Of a DNA stretch of 64,000 nt, positions 16,935 to 27,692 are shown piece by piece. The first letter of the stretch is position 1. Each line of letters begins with the position of its first letter. The position numbers and the translations under genes were made by a program. The notes beneath the pieces were generated by a model. It saw only the letters and a program-made list of their open reading frames with translations, searched no databases and was not told the origin of the DNA. The DNA comes from an uncultured Anaerovorax sp. GTDB taxonomy: Bacteria; Bacillota; Clostridia; Peptostreptococcales; Anaerovoracaceae. The DNA is taken from contig CAZOSB010000004.1 of NCBI GenBank assembly GCA_964582545.1, positions 3,247-67,246 of the forward strand, written 5' to 3'.

Positions 16935-18404
16935 CTATTTTAAGTGCTGCATTACTTTCTCAAATTCTTCTTCAATTTCTTTTGGCACCTTGGTAAAGGC
17001 GCTGACCACCAAAATTACCACTGAAGCGGAGATAAATCCAGGGATAATTTCATAGATATCAAAGATTCCACCAGATTGAGTATACCAGAAAATATCTACG
17101 ATTCCCCCCGTCACCATTCCTGCAATCGCAGCGGGTAAAGTCATTTTTTTATAAAATAAAGCAAATAGGATCAATGGTCCAAAGGCCGACCCAAAGCCTC
17201 CCCAAGCGCAAGAAACCAAACCAAACACGGAGCTGGAAGGATCCAATGCGATAAAGATAGCAATTGCCGTTATCACCGCTACCGTGATTCTGCTGACCCA
17301 TACCATGGAAGCCCCATCAGTATTTTTATTGAATATGGTGGCATATAGGTCCTTGGATATGGAAGAAGCCGATACCAGCAATTGAGAGCTTGCGGTACTC
17401 ATGATGGCTGCCAGAATCGCTGTAAGCAATAAGCCTGCTACCACATCGGGGCACATAGAGTTGATCATGGCCATATACACCACTTCTCCATCCGCTAATT
17501 CAGGTAAATACGCTTTTCCTATGACTCCAATCAATACTGCAGTGGTTAAGGTGATAATAACCCACGCCATTGCAATAATCCTAGATTTTTTTATCTCATC
17601 CGGAGAGTTGATGGCCATAAATCTGGCTAATATATGGGGCTGCCCGAAATATCCCAGACCCCATCCTAACGCTGAAGCTAACAGCAAAGTATCAATGGCT
17701 CCATTTTTCTCCGGGAAAACCCCAAGGGCCTCCGGGGTGAGAGCGGATAATCTGTAAGTAACTTCATCCCATCCTCCCATTTGTACCGTTGCAATGACGG
17801 GGACAATAATTAAAGCAAAGAACATGATGGTTCCTTGAATGGTATCCGTCCAACACACCGCTGTAAACCCGCCTAGCGCCGTATATAACAATATGATTGC
17901 GGCACCGATCACCAAGCCCCATACATAGTCTATACCAAAGATAGTATTAAAAAGCTTTCCACCTGCTGCAAATTGTGAGGAAGTATAGATAAGAAAAAAT
18001 ATGACGATAAAAATTGCTGAAACCGTCTTTAAGATGTGTTTTCCATCTTTAAACCTATTTTCAAAAAAATCTGGCAGTGTAAGTGCATTGCCTGAAATTT
18101 CCGTATACTTTCTCAATCTTTTGGCTACAAACAACCAGTTTAAATAAGTACCGATCATAAGTCCTATAGCAGTCCAAATGGCCTCAGAGGTACCTGCATA
18201 AATCACATAGGCAGTGCCAGGGAGTCCAATCAGGAGCCAACCGCTCATATCTGAAGCTTGCGCAGACATGGCTGTCACCCAGCTATTCAGTTTTCTTCCC
18301 CCTAATATGTAATCTGACAAATTCCCGGTCTTGTTGTAAAATTTAAATCCTATAAACACCATCAGCGCTAAATAAAGCACAAAGATGATTGCAATAATGG
18401 TCAT
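16935..18404 (-). CDS. putP: Sodium:proline symporter (SSS family)
   Basis: 489 aa with a PutP-like SSS pattern. Confidence 0.8.
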   Translation of the reverse strand: MTIIAIIFVLYLALMVFIGFKFYNKTGNLSDYILGGRKLNSWVTAMSAQASDMSGWLLIGLPGTAYVIYAGTSEAIWTAIGLMIGTYLNWLFVAKRLRKYTEISGNALTLPDFFENRFKDGKHILKTVSAIFIVIFFLIYTSSQFAAGGKLFNTIFGIDYVWGLVIGAAIILLYTALGGFTAVCWTDTIQGTIMFFALIIVPVIATVQMGGWDEVTYRLSALTPEALGVFPEKNGAIDTLLLASALGWGLGYFGQPHILARFMAINSPDEIKKSRIIAMAWVIITLTTAVLIGVIGKAYLPELADGEVVYMAMINSMCPDVVAGLLLTAILAAIMSTASSQLLVSASSISKDLYATIFNKNTDGASMVWVSRITVAVITAIAIFIALDPSSSVFGLVSCAWGGFGSAFGPLILFALFYKKMTLPAAIAGMVTGGIVDIFWYTQSGGIFDIYEIIPGFISASVVILVVSAFTKVPKEIEEEFEKVMQHLK

Positions 18405-18413
18405 ATATAACTC

Positions 18414-19610
18414 CTAACTAAATAAAAAATCCGATATAACATTTCCTAAAATTCGAATTCCCTTTTGAATTTCCTCTTCACACATGTTGGAAAAATTCAG
18501 TCTAAATTCATTCTTTTTTTCTCCATTCGGGTAAAAAGCAGCACCCGGAACAAATGAAACATTTTCCTTTAGAGCTCTCTTCAAAAGCTCCTTAGCATCT
18601 CCTCCCTCAGGTAGCTCTGCCCAAATAAACAGACCCCCCGCAGGTGTGTTAAACTTCACTTCTTTAGGGAAATACTCTTTTATCGCCGCAAGCATGGCAT
18701 CCCTCCTGCTTTGATAAAGAGCGGAAATTCCCGCTATGTGGGCATCTAAATCCTTATGCTGTAAATAATAGGACACCTGCCGCTGTAAAATTGAAGCCGC
18801 CGATAAATCCACGCTGGTTTTGAGGGCTAAATATTGCTGTATTAGCCCTTGGTTTGCCACTATCCAGCCGATGCGCAGACCGGGGCAAAAGGTTTTGGAG
18901 AAAGTTCCTAAGTAAATGACTTGTCCTAGGGTGTCCAATGCCATGAGAGGTGGATGATAGTAATCTCCAAAGGTAAGCTCCGCATAAGCGGCATCCTCTA
19001 AGACCGCAACATCCCAATTTGAAATTTCTTCCATGAATTCTTTTCTCCGCTTGATCGACCAACTTCTGCCCGTAGGGTTTTGGTGATCGGGGTTTACATA
19101 GACCACCTTGACTCTATCACCATACTTAGCTAAAGCATTCTGCAAATCCTCAATAATTAAGCCGTCTTCATCCGTGCCTACAGCCACCAGCTCTGCTTCA
19201 TAGACCTTTAGCACGTTTAGTGCTCCTAAATAGGAAGGTGTTTCAAACAAAACCACATCGCCTGGATCAATAAACAGCAACCCACTTAAGTCCAAACCTT
19301 GTTGTGAACCGCTTGTTAACAGTACCTGTTCCATGGAAACAGATAGCTGAAAGAGTTGATTCATCCTTTCCCCAATCTGCCTGCGCAAAGGATCATACCC
19401 GATGGTATTGCTGTAGCTCAAAGCACCCTTTGCATCTTCCTCCAAAAGGGCAAGCATGGTTTCTTTGATATCCTCAATAGGGTAGGTTTCCGGAGAAGGA
19501 AATCCACCGGAAAACTTAATCACCCCAGGTCTATCTGCCATGGACATGATCTCCATCAGTTCCTCATTATCCTCAACTAAATGATTCATTCTCCGTGCAA
19601 ATTTCATCAT
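18414..19610 (-). CDS. PLP-dependent aminotransferase, class I/II
   Basis: 398 aa. PLP-lysine context (GTFSKTFCPGLRIGW). Confidence 0.8.
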   Translation of the reverse strand: MMKFARRMNHLVEDNEELMEIMSMADRPGVIKFSGGFPSPETYPIEDIKETMLALLEEDAKGALSYSNTIGYDPLRRQIGERMNQLFQLSVSMEQVLLTSGSQQGLDLSGLLFIDPGDVVLFETPSYLGALNVLKVYEAELVAVGTDEDGLIIEDLQNALAKYGDRVKVVYVNPDHQNPTGRSWSIKRRKEFMEEISNWDVAVLEDAAYAELTFGDYYHPPLMALDTLGQVIYLGTFSKTFCPGLRIGWIVANQGLIQQYLALKTSVDLSAASILQRQVSYYLQHKDLDAHIAGISALYQSRRDAMLAAIKEYFPKEVKFNTPAGGLFIWAELPEGGDAKELLKRALKENVSFVPGAAFYPNGEKKNEFRLNFSNMCEEEIQKGIRILGNVISDFLFS

Positions 19611-19620
19611 ATCTCCTTTA

Positions 19621-20871
19621 TCACACTCTCCAACTGTTTAAATATACCTCCTGCTCAGGGGTAAGCTTATCTATGGCAATGCCCCAAGCTTCCAATTTCT
19701 TTTGTGCCACCACCTGATCGATTTCGTCTGATACATCGATTACTTTATTTGTTAGTTTACCTTTGTTTTCCTTGATGTAAAGAGCGGATAAGGCTTGTAC
19801 TGCAAAACTCATATCCATGATCTCCGCAGGATGTCCGTCCGCAGCAGCGATGTTCACCAGCCGCCCTTCTGCAATCACGTGAACCCATTTGCCATTCTCC
19901 AGCAAGTATCCCATCACATTCTTTCTTGCTTCTTTTTTATCTTTGGCATGTTCCTCTAGAGACTTCATATCCACCTCGGTGTTAAAATGACCTGCATTGG
20001 TCAGGATTGCACCTTCTTTCATAGTCAACATATGCGCAACAGTTATAACATTTTCACAACCCGTAGCCGCTACAAAGATGTCACCCAAAGGCGCCGCATC
20101 TTTCATAGTCATCACATCGTAACCGTCCATTCTGGCTTCTATGGCCTTCACAGGATTGATTTCCGTCACGATTACCTTGGCGCCTAAAGCGGATGCCCTC
20201 ATGGCGATACCACGGCTGCACCATCCATATCCGGCAACTACCACCGTTTTACTGGCTATGATTAAATTGGTATTTCTCATGATACTGTCCCAGACGGATT
20301 GACCAGTACCATATCTGTTATCAAAGAGGTGTTTACACTGAGCATCGTTTACTGCTACCATGGGGAATTTCAAGATACCCTCTCGCTCCATTGCCTTTAA
20401 CCGAATGACTCCAGTGGTGGTTTCCTCGCATCCACCCCATACTTCCTCACCTAAATCCGGTCTCTGATTATGAATTAGTCCAACCAAATCACCTCCGTCA
20501 TCGATGATGATGTTGGGTTTATGTTCTAACGCCATTTCAATATGTCTGTCATATTCCTCCTGCGTTGCTCCATGGTAAGCAAAAACCTTCATGCCTCTTT
20601 CAACCAAAGCTGCCGCCACATCATCCTGAGTGGAAAGCACATTACTTCCCGTCACAGACATGTCAGCACCACCTGCTGCCAAAACCTCGCAGAGATACGC
20701 CGTCTTTGCTTCCAGATGAACTGAAAGTGAAATTTTGATTCCTGCAAAGGGCTTCGACTGGCTAAATTCCTCTTCAAAGCCACGAAGCAAGGGCATATTA
20801 TTCCTAACCCAGTCAATTTTTTGTCTTCCTGACGGTGCCAACTGCAAATCTCTTATTTCATGATTTTTCAT
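19621..20871 (-). CDS. ahcY: Adenosylhomocysteinase
   Basis: 416 aa with conserved AhcY blocks (CNIFSTQD-like VLSTQDD, GYGWCSRG, NLGHFNxE-like NAGHFNTE). Confidence 0.9.
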   Translation of the reverse strand: MKNHEIRDLQLAPSGRQKIDWVRNNMPLLRGFEEEFSQSKPFAGIKISLSVHLEAKTAYLCEVLAAGGADMSVTGSNVLSTQDDVAAALVERGMKVFAYHGATQEEYDRHIEMALEHKPNIIIDDGGDLVGLIHNQRPDLGEEVWGGCEETTTGVIRLKAMEREGILKFPMVAVNDAQCKHLFDNRYGTGQSVWDSIMRNTNLIIASKTVVVAGYGWCSRGIAMRASALGAKVIVTEINPVKAIEARMDGYDVMTMKDAAPLGDIFVAATGCENVITVAHMLTMKEGAILTNAGHFNTEVDMKSLEEHAKDKKEARKNVMGYLLENGKWVHVIAEGRLVNIAAADGHPAEIMDMSFAVQALSALYIKENKGKLTNKVIDVSDEIDQVVAQKKLEAWGIAIDKLTPEQEVYLNSWRV

Positions 20872-20909
20872 TTATTGCTCCTTTAAAATATCTATATACA
20901 CTATTTTTA

Positions 20910-21503
20910 CTATCGCACTTGTAGGGCTTTCCCATTTTCGTCAGCATAGAAGGGCTTAGAGGCATCCATCTGTCCCATGAGGGTCTCTACAATCTTCCCA
21001 TCTATCATAAACTGCACTTGCTCTATCTCTTCAAAGCTGTTGCATAGAGTGCTTACTACTTGATTGATAAAAATTGCTTCCTCCATAGAACCACCATAGA
21101 AGCCTTCACTGTCGATATCTACAAAACAAGTCCCTTCTTTCACATAGACTTGATCAAAATCAACTTTTTGGGTAACTACGGTTATGGCATTCTCCTCAGG
21201 CTCAGTGACCAATTGCTCAAGGGTCATCTCATAAACCTCATCTACATCGTCCTCTTCTACCATAAGCTTGCTGTCATAAGGGGGCAGCATCATGGGACTT
21301 TCCACGGTTTCCACCCCCGTATTCACATAATCTAGGTTACCGAAATACAATTTAACAAGCACTTCCTCAGCAATAGTATCTTCTTCAACACGACCGTCCT
21401 CCACATCATCCTTGCTCTTTCCACATGCCGTAAACGTAAAAAAAGCTGTTATTAAGGTAATGCATAATACTACCGTTATATAATTTATTTTTTTTCTTTT
21501 CAC
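20910..21503 (-). CDS. GerMN-domain lipoprotein
   Basis: Lipobox (FTFTAC) and a GerMN-like body. Confidence 0.6.
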   Translation of the reverse strand: MKRKKINYITVVLCITLITAFFTFTACGKSKDDVEDGRVEEDTIAEEVLVKLYFGNLDYVNTGVETVESPMMLPPYDSKLMVEEDDVDEVYEMTLEQLVTEPEENAITVVTQKVDFDQVYVKEGTCFVDIDSEGFYGGSMEEAIFINQVVSTLCNSFEEIEQVQFMIDGKIVETLMGQMDASKPFYADENGKALQVR

Positions 21504-21519
21504 AATTACCTCCCTTTAA

Positions 21520-23349
21520 TTATTCCACAGTAACTGATTTTGCTAAATTTTTGGGCTTATCGATGTCACAGCCCCTCAGTTTTGCGATGAAATATGCAAA
21601 TAATTGTAAAGGTATCACGGATAACAATGGAGTAAGCTCATCCACGCACTCCGGTATATAGATGACATGATCGGATTGTCTTTCAATCTCCACATTTCCT
21701 TCTTTTGCAATGCCTAAGACACAGGCCCCCCTGGCTTTCACTTCCTGAATATTGGAAAGCATCTTCTCAAAGAGCCTATCTTGCGTAGCTAAAGCTACTA
21801 CCAATGTATCTTGCTCAATGAGAGCAATGGTACCATGCTTCAGTTCTCCTGCAGCAATAGCAAAGGAATTAATATAGGAAATTTCCTTTAACTTAAGTGA
21901 TCCCTCATAAGATACCCCTGAGTCAGGTCCTCTTCCTATAAAAAATACCTGTTCCCTCTTGTAATATCCTTTTGCAATTTGACGTATTTGATCTTCTCTC
22001 TTTAAGATACCTCTAATCTTAGTGGGAATCGCTTTTAATTCATTGATATACTGATCATAGCTTTCTTTGCTGAGAGAGCCTTTTGTAAAGCCCATATAAA
22101 GTCCTAGCAAATACATGCAAATTAACTGAGTTGTATATGCCTTCGTAGATGCCACTGCAATCTCCGGTCCTGCCCATGTGTAAAATACGTCATCGGATTC
22201 TCTTGCAACCGAGCTACCCACCACATTTACCACCGACAAAACTCTGGCCCCCTTTGATTTTGCTTCCCTAAGGGCCGCCAAGGTGTCCAAGGTCTCTCCC
22301 GATTGGCTTATAGCGATAAATAAAGTATTTTCATCGATAAATGGATCTCTATATCTGAATTCTGAAGCTACATCGATTTCCACCGATACCTTTGCAAATT
22401 TCTCTATGATATATTTTCCCACCAATCCAGCATGATATGCAGTTCCGCAGGCTACAATATATATTTTTTTAAACTTCTCAATATCTTCCTTTGTAAAGGA
22501 TATACCGTCCAAATTGATGGTATCATCCTCATTAAGTCTTCTGTTTAGTGTCTCTTCGATTCCCTTTGGCTGCTCATAGATTTCTTTGATCATAAAATGA
22601 TCGTAACCATCTTTTTCTGCGGCGTCAGTATCCCAAGTCACATGAAATACTTCCCTCTTCACTTCTTTTCTGTCCGCATCAAAAATTTTGACTTGATCCT
22701 TGGTCAAGAGTACAGTCTCATTGTTCTCTATGAGATACAGAGTTCTGGCATGCTTTAAAATAGCGGGGATATCAGAAGCGATAAAGTTACATCCATCACC
22801 CAAACCTACAATTAAGGGGGCGTCTTTTCTGACCGCTACAATTTTATCAGGCTCCTTGCTACAAACCACACCGATGGCATATGCCCCTCTCATCTTATCC
22901 ACCGTTTTAAAAACAGCCTGCAACAAATCCCCTTCGTAAAAAACACCGATCAGATGAGCGATTACTTCAGAATCTGTCTCCGACACAAAAACGGTTCCAT
23001 GTTCTTTTGTCAACCATTCCTTTAATTCTAGATAATTTTCAATGATGCCATTATGTATCACAGCCACCGAATGATCCGTATTACAGTGGGGATGAGCGTT
23101 AATATCGGAGGGTGCTCCGTGGGTGGCCCATCTAGTATGACCAATGCCTGCACAACTGTCATAACTTTTGTCCCGGAGGACTTCTTCAAGATTCCCGATA
23201 CGCCCTTTCTTCTTGATGACTTCTATTTGCCCTTCCTTATGCAAAGCAATTCCAGAAGAATCATAACCTCGATACTCCAATTTCTTTAATCCATCTATAA
23301 TAATATCTTTTGCATTGCCTGTTCCAATGTATCCGACTATTCCGCACAT
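21520..23349 (-). CDS. glmS: Glutamine--fructose-6-phosphate aminotransferase
   Basis: MCGIVGY N-terminal nucleophile, two SIS domains and a C-terminal KSVTVE. Confidence 0.95.
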   Translation of the reverse strand: MCGIVGYIGTGNAKDIIIDGLKKLEYRGYDSSGIALHKEGQIEVIKKKGRIGNLEEVLRDKSYDSCAGIGHTRWATHGAPSDINAHPHCNTDHSVAVIHNGIIENYLELKEWLTKEHGTVFVSETDSEVIAHLIGVFYEGDLLQAVFKTVDKMRGAYAIGVVCSKEPDKIVAVRKDAPLIVGLGDGCNFIASDIPAILKHARTLYLIENNETVLLTKDQVKIFDADRKEVKREVFHVTWDTDAAEKDGYDHFMIKEIYEQPKGIEETLNRRLNEDDTINLDGISFTKEDIEKFKKIYIVACGTAYHAGLVGKYIIEKFAKVSVEIDVASEFRYRDPFIDENTLFIAISQSGETLDTLAALREAKSKGARVLSVVNVVGSSVARESDDVFYTWAGPEIAVASTKAYTTQLICMYLLGLYMGFTKGSLSKESYDQYINELKAIPTKIRGILKREDQIRQIAKGYYKREQVFFIGRGPDSGVSYEGSLKLKEISYINSFAIAAGELKHGTIALIEQDTLVVALATQDRLFEKMLSNIQEVKARGACVLGIAKEGNVEIERQSDHVIYIPECVDELTPLLSVIPLQLFAYFIAKLRGCDIDKPKNLAKSVTVE

Positions 23350-23364
23350 GTTTTTTGTTCCTTT

Positions 23365-24714
23365 CTATCCCATCTTCTTTGTAAGCAAAATTGCAAGGTC
23401 ATCTGCCAAATTTGTAATCTGCTCAATATCCTTGCCTTCAAGCATCACTCTGACCAATGGTTCTGTTCCTGATGGGCGTATGAGTACCCTACCTTCGCCG
23501 GCCATTTCTTTCTCCATGGCTTCAATGGCCAGTTTAATATCCGGGTCATTCATATACTTCTTTTTGTTTTCATTTTTAATTCTAGCATTTTTTAATACCT
23601 GCGGATAGATGATAATTTCATCCGCTAATTGCGACAACGTTTTTCCTGATAATTTTACAGCCTTCAGTAACTGCAACCCTGAAAGGATACCGTCTCCCGT
23701 AGTGGTGTAGTCGGAAAAAATAATATGTCCCGATTGCTCTCCTCCTAAGATACTACCCGTCTTCAGCATGCTTTCCAGCACATATCTATCGCCTACCTGA
23801 GTAACATCGGCGGTACATCCGATAGCTTCTAATGCTTTGTGCAGACCCAAATTACTCATAACGGTGGCAGTTACTTTGTTATCCACCAGCTTGTGAGCCT
23901 GCTTCAACATCCTTGCACAGATATAAATCATGGTGTCACCATCAGCCAACCTTCCCAAGTTATCTACAGCGATCAGCCGATCGGCATCCCCATCAAAAGC
24001 CAGCCCAAGATCCGCTGATTCTGCTAGGACTTTCTTTTGTAGAGACTCCGGATGGGTAGAGCCACAAGCGGCGTTGATGTTAAGCCCATTGGGTTCATTA
24101 TGTGTGGTAATCACATGAGCCCCTAGTTCTTCAAAGACCTTTTGCGCAACTTTATAAGCCGCACCGTTAGCACAATCTATAACAATCTTCATCCCCTCTA
24201 GCTTAAAGTCCACGGTGGTCTTTAAAAATTCCGCATAAAGAGTCATGGCATCCTCTTCCGCCTCCACACAACGTCCCAAAAGATCGCCAGTTATATGACT
24301 GTTTACATCAATATTCCTTAAAATAATATCTTCAATTTCATCTTCGATATCATCATCTAATTTGAATCCTTCACCGTTGAAAAACTTAATTCCGTTATAT
24401 TCAAAAGAGTTATGAGAGGCAGAGATCACCACCCCCGCATCAGCCTTATAATACTTCACCAAATAGGCAATAGCTGGAGTTGGCAACACCCCTGCCTTGA
24501 TTACATTACCACCCATAGCTAAGATTCCAGCACTGATGGCGTCCTCAAGCATATCCCCGGATATTCTGGTATCCTTTGCGATTAGCACAATTGGTCTTTT
24601 AGAATCCTTGCTTAAAACAAAGGCTCCTGCCTTTCCAAGGTTAAACGCTAGCTCCGGTGTAAGCTCAGAATTGGCAATGCCTCTCACACCGTCTGTTCCA
24701 AATAGTCTTCCCAT
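23365..24714 (-). CDS. glmM: Phosphoglucosamine mutase
   Basis: MGRLFGTDGVRG, SASHNSFEYNGIKF and GDGDADR motifs. Confidence 0.95.
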   Translation of the reverse strand: MGRLFGTDGVRGIANSELTPELAFNLGKAGAFVLSKDSKRPIVLIAKDTRISGDMLEDAISAGILAMGGNVIKAGVLPTPAIAYLVKYYKADAGVVISASHNSFEYNGIKFFNGEGFKLDDDIEDEIEDIILRNIDVNSHITGDLLGRCVEAEEDAMTLYAEFLKTTVDFKLEGMKIVIDCANGAAYKVAQKVFEELGAHVITTHNEPNGLNINAACGSTHPESLQKKVLAESADLGLAFDGDADRLIAVDNLGRLADGDTMIYICARMLKQAHKLVDNKVTATVMSNLGLHKALEAIGCTADVTQVGDRYVLESMLKTGSILGGEQSGHIIFSDYTTTGDGILSGLQLLKAVKLSGKTLSQLADEIIIYPQVLKNARIKNENKKKYMNDPDIKLAIEAMEKEMAGEGRVLIRPSGTEPLVRVMLEGKDIEQITNLADDLAILLTKKMG

Positions 24715-25920
24715 TTATTCTACCTCTCTTATTGTTAGTTTCATTTGGTTGGGTATCACCTCAATGGAGGCGATCTGCTTATCATGGCGAACCTTTACAT
24801 CCGCTTTATCTGTTGTCACACCGGCATCCGACAATTGTAGGTACGGTTGAAAATCACTTTTTGAAAATTGACTTAATAGGGCTTCTTCCCCTGAAATTTT
24901 TACTTGCAGGGAAGAGGTTTGGATCTCTGCACGAAGATTTGAGGCCAAGCCTTCCACAAATACCTCTGAAGCATTGTACTCAAAAGTTTTATTGGAAATA
25001 CCAATTAATTTGACCTCAATAACCGCTTTTTTCAGTGGTGCAACCAATTCAATACCCTCTGGCAAAACAGGCTTCAAAGCCACGTTGGTATGAGCTGTAA
25101 TTCCTCTAAGATCTATGGGTTCACATGCAATTTCCACGATTTTATCCAATGCATTTTTTTCACCTTTAATCTGCACTATGGTTGGCTTGTCTATCTTAAC
25201 CAACTCGTAAGCAGCGTCTAGGCTACCGTTGATAGGCACTTGAAGAGGTACTTCTCTCGTTTCCAAATAGCGGAACGAGACCTCAATAACGGGAAGAGAC
25301 AATTTCACATTATGGACGACTTCTCCCTTTGCATTAACAGGTTCCGCAGGGATGCTCATGGAGCTGGCACCACTTTTAATCCTGCCGGTATCCACATTTG
25401 CCCGAATATGGGTGACTTCATTTACCGCTGATTTTGGTCCCGAGACCTCCATAATTTCAGGTTGGGTACTCAACGATTTCACCTCAGCTCCTCCCGTGAC
25501 GGTTCCAACTAGGTTTACTTTCACGCCCTTCCCTTCTGCAACCAAATCCTCAATAGTTACCATGATTTTTGCAGGCTTTGCTTCCACCAACTGTAAGTTA
25601 TCTGGAACGATTACCATAACAGGGATATAGTTTTTACCCACTGAGAAATCGTTGACATCAGCTTTTGCCAATATTTCTTCCGGCTTTACTTTAATAATGT
25701 CACTTCTTTTCCCTTTTACCTTGACGTTAACCTTAAATTGTGTTTCTCCTGAAATCACCAAGTCTCGATTGGTAAGGCTTTCCATATTGATTAAGTTTAC
25801 TGGAATATCTACCATTACCTCTGTTTTTGCAGGATTTTGCTGAACTACCACATACACCCATAGAGAAATGGCAATCAACACAGAGGCAACTTTATAAAAG
25901 GTATTACTTCTGTTCATCAT
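24715..25920 (-). CDS. cdaR: CdaA regulatory protein CdaR (YbbR-domain protein)
   Basis: N-terminal TM segment plus repeated YbbR-like domains. It lies between cdaA and glmM. The start was moved to ATG 25920, preceded by GGAGGA. Confidence 0.8.
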   Translation of the reverse strand: MMNRSNTFYKVASVLIAISLWVYVVVQQNPAKTEVMVDIPVNLINMESLTNRDLVISGETQFKVNVKVKGKRSDIIKVKPEEILAKADVNDFSVGKNYIPVMVIVPDNLQLVEAKPAKIMVTIEDLVAEGKGVKVNLVGTVTGGAEVKSLSTQPEIMEVSGPKSAVNEVTHIRANVDTGRIKSGASSMSIPAEPVNAKGEVVHNVKLSLPVIEVSFRYLETREVPLQVPINGSLDAAYELVKIDKPTIVQIKGEKNALDKIVEIACEPIDLRGITAHTNVALKPVLPEGIELVAPLKKAVIEVKLIGISNKTFEYNASEVFVEGLASNLRAEIQTSSLQVKISGEEALLSQFSKSDFQPYLQLSDAGVTTDKADVKVRHDKQIASIEVIPNQMKLTIREVE

Positions 25921-26752
25921 GACTTCTATTCCTCCAAAGCTTGTCAATAATTGGTACGTTCACCGGATGGCTTTCCCCTCCAAAATATAAATTTAAAAGG
26001 GTCTTTTCTATGGTTTTAATATCTAGAAACCTAGACAAATTACCATCCATGGCCATGGAGATAATACCCGATTCCTCTGAAACCATCAGGGCGATGGCAT
26101 CGGAATTTTCTGTAATGCCTAAACCCGCTCTATGTCTAGTACCCAATTCCTTTGACAAATTTTTATTTTGTGTAAGGGGCAACACGCAACCTGCTGAAAC
26201 AATCCTTCCACCTCGAATGATGGCAGCACCATCGTGCAAGGGTGCTCCCGAATAGAATATATTGCAGAGCATCTCTGTGGAAATCGAGGCATCGATAAGC
26301 GTTCCCGTTTCCACGATATCATTCAGGGTAATTTCCCGTTCCAAGACGATTAAAGCGCCCTCTCGTTTAGAGGAAAAATAATCGATTGCCTTGACCATCG
26401 CCGCAGTCACCGCTTTGGCTTCTTCCTTATCCAAATGCGTGAACTGAGGCTTGACAAATTTACTCCTGCCTACATACTCCAATCCTCGTCGAAGCTCAGG
26501 CTGAAAGACGATTACAAGGGCTACCACCCCTAGAGTCATGGTTCCCTTCAAAATCCAATTTAACGTATAAAGGTTGAAAATATCTGAAATAAAAAAGGCC
26601 ACTACCAGAATAAATAGACCCTTAACCAATTGCTCCGCTCTAGTCTCACGTATAAATGCTAAAACCTTATATACTACGTAGGATACGATGAGTATGTCAA
26701 CCACATCTGTAATCCCAACTCCCATAAATAAATTTTCTAAAATATATGCCAT
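25904..26752 (-). CDS. cdaA: Diadenylate cyclase CdaA
   Basis: Three N-terminal TM segments and a DAC domain (DGAAIIRG, GTRHRAGLG). Confidence 0.9.
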   Translation of the reverse strand: MAYILENLFMGVGITDVVDILIVSYVVYKVLAFIRETRAEQLVKGLFILVVAFFISDIFNLYTLNWILKGTMTLGVVALVIVFQPELRRGLEYVGRSKFVKPQFTHLDKEEAKAVTAAMVKAIDYFSSKREGALIVLEREITLNDIVETGTLIDASISTEMLCNIFYSGAPLHDGAAIIRGGRIVSAGCVLPLTQNKNLSKELGTRHRAGLGITENSDAIALMVSEESGIISMAMDGNLSRFLDIKTIEKTLLNLYFGGESHPVNVPIIDKLWRNRSHDEQK

Positions 26753-27003
26753 TTAGACTTCCTCTGATTCTTAAAAATGAAGTAAAAATTGATTTTATTT
26801 ATACACCATATATTGTATATAAAAATCGGATGATTTACAAGAAGTTTTCGTAAAATTAAATAATTAAAAGAACCATTAAAAGAAAATAGTATGAAATGCC
26901 TATTTTTAAATAAAAATAATAAATAACTCAACTATATCAAAGAATCTAAAACATTTATTAAAATTTAATCTTGAAACTGTATTATTAATTTCTCAATACA
27001 ATA

Positions 27004-27032
27004 TTTACTTAACTTTTATACTGTGATACAAT
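27004..27032 (+). promoter_or_regulatory. Promoter of hpf
   Basis: TTTACT (27004-27009), 17 nt, TACAAT (27027-27032), with a TG at the extended -10 position. Confidence 0.5.
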
Positions 27033-27065
27033 GAATACAAATAAGTGCCAAAGGAGGAATGGAAA

Positions 27066-27599
27066 ATGAAAGTTATTATTACCAGTAAAAATTTCAATAC
27101 CAGTGATCACCTCAAGGATACAATTGAAAAGAAATTTGAAAAACTGGGTAAGTATTTTTCCAGTGAAATCATTGCCAATGTAATGCTGACTTCTGAAAAA
27201 GGTCGCGATAAGGTAGAATCAACCATTAACGCAAAAGGTACTATTTTCAGAGCCGAGGAAAGTAGCAACGATGTTTACAATTCAGTGGATAGGGTTGTGG
27301 ACAAGCTTTCTTCACAAATGTCAAGGTTTAAAACCAAGTTGCAGAGCAAACATAAAGGACACAAGGAATTTTTATTCCATGAAATGCCCGACCTCTCCCA
27401 AGAGACCGAGCAAATGGATTCGAGAATTGTTAAGACAAAATCCTTCGATATCAGCCCTATGTCCACAGATGAAGCGATTATGCAAATGGAACTGGTTGAG
27501 CATGATTTCTTTGTATTTATAAATGACCAAACAAATAATGTTAACGTAGTATACAAAAGAAAAGACGACAACTATGGACTTTTAGAAACACAATATTAA
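27066..27599 (+). CDS. hpf: Ribosome hibernation promoting factor (long HPF, RaiA/YfiA family)
   Basis: MKVIITSKNF... S30AE-like N-domain plus a C-terminal dimerisation domain. The start is ATG 27066, after AAAGGAGGAA. Confidence 0.9.
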   Translation: MKVIITSKNFNTSDHLKDTIEKKFEKLGKYFSSEIIANVMLTSEKGRDKVESTINAKGTIFRAEESSNDVYNSVDRVVDKLSSQMSRFKTKLQSKHKGHKEFLFHEMPDLSQETEQMDSRIVKTKSFDISPMSTDEAIMQMELVEHDFFVFINDQTNNVNVVYKRKDDNYGLLETQY

Positions 27600-27614
27600 T
27601 TTATTTCAGTTGTT

Positions 27615-27660
27615 GAGATAAAGGCGGAGCAGTAGCTCCGCCTTTATCTTTATTTTTTAA
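27615..27660 (+). terminator. Rho-independent terminator of hpf
   Basis: GAGATAAAGGCGGAGC-AGTA-GCTCCGCCTTTATCT followed by a T-rich tract. Confidence 0.85.
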
Positions 27661-27692
27661 TAATTTGTAATAAAAGGTTATCCTTAATTGCA

